A DNA stretch of 25,927 bases, from positions 1 through 25,927 of the IMG/VR virus record IMGVR_UViG_3300020258_000038. One strand, written 5' to 3'. Below are positions 23,594-25,927 of the stretch, one piece after another. The position numbers and the translations under genes are program-made. The first letter of the stretch is position 1. Each line of letters opens with the position of its first letter. Source of the stretch: a virus. Lineage: Duplodnaviria > Caudoviricetes. The notes beneath the pieces were generated by a model. The model was not told the origin of the DNA. It made no database searches and saw nothing but the letters and a program-made list of their open reading frames with translations.

Positions 23594-23821
23594 TACTCTA
23601 TCTTTGACATAAGATGGAACACCATCAGGGTCTAACCATTTGGTGTATTCAAAGTCTTCCATGGCAGTGAGTAACTGCATTTGGTTATCACAAAGATACA
23701 TGTCTTTGTATTTACCAGTCCAAGAATCTACTTTCTGAATCCTATAATCAGGCATACCATTCAGTTCAATGGTGCCTCTCTCAACATAACGATAAGGGAA
23801 TTGTTCTAGAAGAATTTTCAT
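23576..23821 (-). CDS. Hypothetical cyanophage protein (81 aa)
   Basis: FPYRYVE...NGMPDYRIQK...WLDPDGVP; ATGA overlap. Confidence 0.8.
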   Translation of the reverse strand: MKILLEQFPYRYVERGTIELNGMPDYRIQKVDSWTGKYKDMYLCDNQMQLLTAMEDFEYTKWLDPDGVPSYVKDRVGRGVT

Positions 23822-24027
23822 GCCACAGTATTGAGATCAGAAGCAAGGTAATCAAGAAGAATATCATAGTCATCAAGTGGATCACCTGAAAAAACTACTC
23901 CACTGTTCTCATAAAACTTACGAACTTTCTTGTAAAGTTTCGGGTTCTTTACATCCAAGAAGAAGTCTCCTTTGACAGCACACTGTAAAGTGTTGATGTC
24001 CTTTTTGAACTTGGAAGTGATAGTCAT
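23818..24027 (-). CDS. Hypothetical cyanophage protein (69 aa)
   Basis: MTITSKFKKDI...LDVKNPKLYKKVRKFYE...FSGDPLDDY; start set at ATG 24027, downstream of the promoter. Confidence 0.8.
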   Translation of the reverse strand: MTITSKFKKDINTLQCAVKGDFFLDVKNPKLYKKVRKFYENSGVVFSGDPLDDYDILLDYLASDLNTVA

Positions 24028-24049
24028 TGCCTTGTTTGAATACCTTGTT

Positions 24050-24078
24050 ATTCTATGATGTTTGACCCAGAAGGTCAA
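24050..24078 (-). promoter_or_regulatory. Sigma70-type promoter
   Basis: TTGACC (24073-24078), 17-nt spacer, TAGAAT (24050-24055). Confidence 0.65.
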
Positions 24079-24103
24079 GGAGGACAGTGATTAAACTGTC
24101 CAA

Positions 24104-24176
24104 TAGGGGATGCGAGGATCGAACTCGCCTTAGGCAAATTATGAGTTTGCTGCATTCACCAGATTGCTAATCCCCC
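24104..24176 (-). tRNA. tRNA with CAT anticodon (elongator Met or Ile2)
   Basis: GGGGGAT/ATCCCCT acceptor stem, GCAAA-CTCATAA-TTTGC anticodon arm, GTTCGAT T-loop; lacks the initiator GGG/CCC stem. Confidence 0.9.
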
Positions 24177-24179
24177 AAG

Positions 24180-24251
24180 TAGGACTGCTGGGAATTGAAC
24201 CCAGTTCACACCGTTATAAGCAGTGGGCATTAACCTATATGCGACAGTCCC
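24180..24251 (-). tRNA. tRNA-Ile(TAT)
   Basis: GGGACTG/CAGTCCT acceptor stem, CACTG-CTTATAA-CGGTG anticodon arm, GTTCAAT T-loop. Confidence 0.9.
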
Positions 24252-24422
24252 TCAGGATCCCTCATTATGTTCTGTGTATATGCGTATGAGTTCATCATCC
24301 GCTGGTGTCATTACTGCTCTATCTCCGTTCTCATTCTCTACACCTATCGTCTCTCCATTCTCCACTCTTTCAACCAGAGTTTCCCAATTCTTCTGCCAGT
24401 ATTCCACAGAATAAAAATCCAT
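24252..24422 (-). CDS. Small protein with Phd/YefM-antitoxin-like N-terminal pattern (56 aa)
   Basis: MDFYSVEYWQKNWETLVERVENGETIGVENENGDRAVMTPADDELIRIYTEHNEGS; missed by the ORF track. Confidence 0.65.
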   Translation of the reverse strand: MDFYSVEYWQKNWETLVERVENGETIGVENENGDRAVMTPADDELIRIYTEHNEGS

Positions 24423-24442
24423 AGTTGATGTATATATGAGAG

Positions 24443-25132
24443 TTAAACAAACAACTGAAGTTTGTCAAGAATTGTTTTATATGCTGGTACTATATCACCC
24501 TCATCATTCCTAAACAAGTCCTTGTCATATCTTTCTTGATCAGTTTTACCCCATAGTCTCATTGAGTCTGGAGAGATCTCATCAGCAAGATAAAGGTCAC
24601 CATGAGCATCAATACCAAACTCAATCTTGAAGTCAATCAAATCAAATCCAAGTAAATTAAAGATATTAAGAAGGTAATCATTAATGAGTGATGCCTGTTC
24701 TTCAAGTGGTTTTGGATCAATACCCATCAATCTAACTCTGTCTCTTGTAAGAAGAGGATCATGTTTAGCATCATCCTTCAAGAAGAACTCAACAATAGCA
24801 GGAATGATAGGTTGTCCTTCATGAATGGTTGTAGTTTTTACTATAGAACCAGCTGCCCTATTTCTGCAGATAACTTCAAGTGGGAGGATATCTACTTTTC
24901 TACAAATCATTTTATTAGGACCAAGTTGTCTAATATAATGATTCTTGACTCCCAGATCACTTAACTTCTCAAAGAGAATAGATGAAATCTGACAACACAA
25001 AGAACCTTTACCTGCTGGATAGTCTTCTTTCTCACCATTTCCAGCAGTGACTTTATCATGATATTCTATCAATACCTCTTCAGGATTATCAGTATCATGT
25101 ACAGATTTTACTTTCCCTTTTAATAATAACAT
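24443..25132 (-). CDS. purC: SAICAR synthetase
   Basis: GKVKSV, DKVTAGNG, PLEVICRNRAAGS, EFFLKDD..HDP, DFKIEFG, LADEISPDSMRLW, DKDLFR. Confidence 0.96.
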   Translation of the reverse strand: MLLLKGKVKSVHDTDNPEEVLIEYHDKVTAGNGEKEDYPAGKGSLCCQISSILFEKLSDLGVKNHYIRQLGPNKMICRKVDILPLEVICRNRAAGSIVKTTTIHEGQPIIPAIVEFFLKDDAKHDPLLTRDRVRLMGIDPKPLEEQASLINDYLLNIFNLLGFDLIDFKIEFGIDAHGDLYLADEISPDSMRLWGKTDQERYDKDLFRNDEGDIVPAYKTILDKLQLFV

Positions 25133-25154
25133 AATGCAATCCTATTGGACAACA

Positions 25155-25239
25155 AGGAAGGTGTGGGATTTGAACCCACGGAGGTATTACCCTCTCCAGT
25201 TTTCAAGACTGGTGCAATAAGCCACTCTGCCAACCTTCC
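25155..25239 (-). tRNA. tRNA-Ser(TGA)
   Basis: GGAAGGT/ACCTTCC acceptor stem, CCAGT-CTTGAAA-ACTGG arm, long variable arm, GTTCAAAT. Confidence 0.93.
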
Positions 25240-25240
25240 A

Positions 25241-25489
25241 CTAACGGACTTCAAAGTCCAATCTTTTTACTTTGCGCCTTCTTCTCTGCTCTTGATATAA
25301 AAGTTCTTGAGTAGAGAAATGACTATCAATCTTCTCTTCAATTTTGTTGGTGATCATTACAATTTTATCTAGGTCAGTTGCACCAACCTTATTGTCAACA
25401 ATACTCATTTGATTGGGGCAACCACAGAACTGTGTTTTGCTAGAACTTGTTAGTTCTGTGTTGCATTCTTTGCATCTGACTGTAATCAT
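25241..25489 (-). CDS. Zn-ribbon-like hypothetical protein
   Basis: VRCKEC...CGCPN Cys pattern; basic C-terminus. Confidence 0.75.
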   Translation of the reverse strand: MITVRCKECNTELTSSSKTQFCGCPNQMSIVDNKVGATDLDKIVMITNKIEEKIDSHFSTQELLYQEQRRRRKVKRLDFEVR

Positions 25490-25516
25490 TTGTAAGCATT
25501 TAACCTCTTATGGTCA

Positions 25517-25588
25517 TGCAAGATACAGGATTTGAACCTGTGACCTACTGCGTGTAAAGCAGTCACTCTACCACTGAGTTAATCTTGC
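25517..25588 (-). tRNA. tRNA-Val(TAC)
   Basis: GCAAGAT/ATCTTGC acceptor stem, ACTGC-TTTACAC-GCAGT arm. Confidence 0.94.
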
Positions 25589-25664
25589 TGGCTCCTCCAC
25601 CTGGACTCGAACCAGGGACAGGGTGATTAACAGTCACCTGCTCTACCAACTGAGCTATAGAGGA
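25589..25664 (-). tRNA. tRNA-Asn(GTT) with encoded CCA
   Basis: TCCTCTA/TGGAGGA acceptor stem, GGTGA-CTGTTAA-TCACC arm, 3' GCCA. Confidence 0.95.
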
Positions 25665-25667
25665 TTA

Positions 25668-25835
25668 TTAGTAGGGTTTTCTCCCTTGTTCTTTACAGAG
25701 TTTGAAATAGAGTTTGTAGTATCTATCACAGATTTCTCTGATTGTATCTTTGTCCTCATCAAAACCATTTACTCTGAGATGATGATAACTTCCTTCTAAA
25801 TCAGATATTAGAAGTAGTATTTTTACAGGGTCCAT
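25668..25835 (-). CDS. Small hypothetical protein (55 aa)
   Basis: MDPVKILLLISDLEGSYHHL...YYKLYFKLCKEQGRKPY; lies between tRNAs, start shortened to avoid the tRNA-Thr. Confidence 0.65.
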   Translation of the reverse strand: MDPVKILLLISDLEGSYHHLRVNGFDEDKDTIREICDRYYKLYFKLCKEQGRKPY

Positions 25836-25850
25836 AGTATAAAGAGGACA

Positions 25851-25923
25851 AGCCATTCACAGGACTTGAACCTGCGACCTGATCTTTACAAAAGACCTGC
25901 TCTACCAGCTGAGCTAGAATGGC
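25851..25923 (-). tRNA. tRNA-Thr(TGT)
   Basis: GCCATTC/GAATGGC acceptor stem, GGTCT-TTTGTAA-AGATC arm. Confidence 0.94.
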
Positions 25924-25927
25924 ATGG

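Noticed and set aside
1-25927. Cellular cyanobacterial chromosome, CRISPR array or mobile element
   Set aside because: T4-type late promoters, compact auxiliary genes and microprotein chains point to a phage. I saw no repeat-spacer array, transposase, integrase, intron or homing endonuclease.

Overview
This window looks like part of a T4-like marine cyanomyovirus genome, probably a Synechococcus phage. It is AT-rich and densely coded, almost all on the minus strand, with both sigma70-type early promoters and T4-like late (C/A)TAAATA promoters. From left to right: (1) 687-4016, conserved-looking secreted and membrane proteins; (2) 4052-10256, auxiliary metabolic genes (petF, petE, an ndhP-like gene, gnd, two hli), an SNase-like nuclease, a small outer-membrane beta-barrel-like protein and many coupled microproteins missing from the ORF track; (3) 10421-23444, a 13 kb glycosylation island with several glycosyltransferases, three nucleotide-sugar SDR enzymes, a methyltransferase and a 2OG-Fe(II) oxygenase; (4) a pseudoknotted manA/wcaG-type RNA candidate; (5) a six-tRNA array, including a rare Ile(UAU), interrupted by purC. 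The most notable item is a compact nonulosonic (sialic) acid cassette in the island: neuA, neuB, a HAD phosphatase, a cupin isomerase and a sialyltransferase-like gene, with no neuC. I infer it is a phage-encoded KDN-type synthesis, activation and transfer system. All family calls come from motif recognition by eye; no searches were run.
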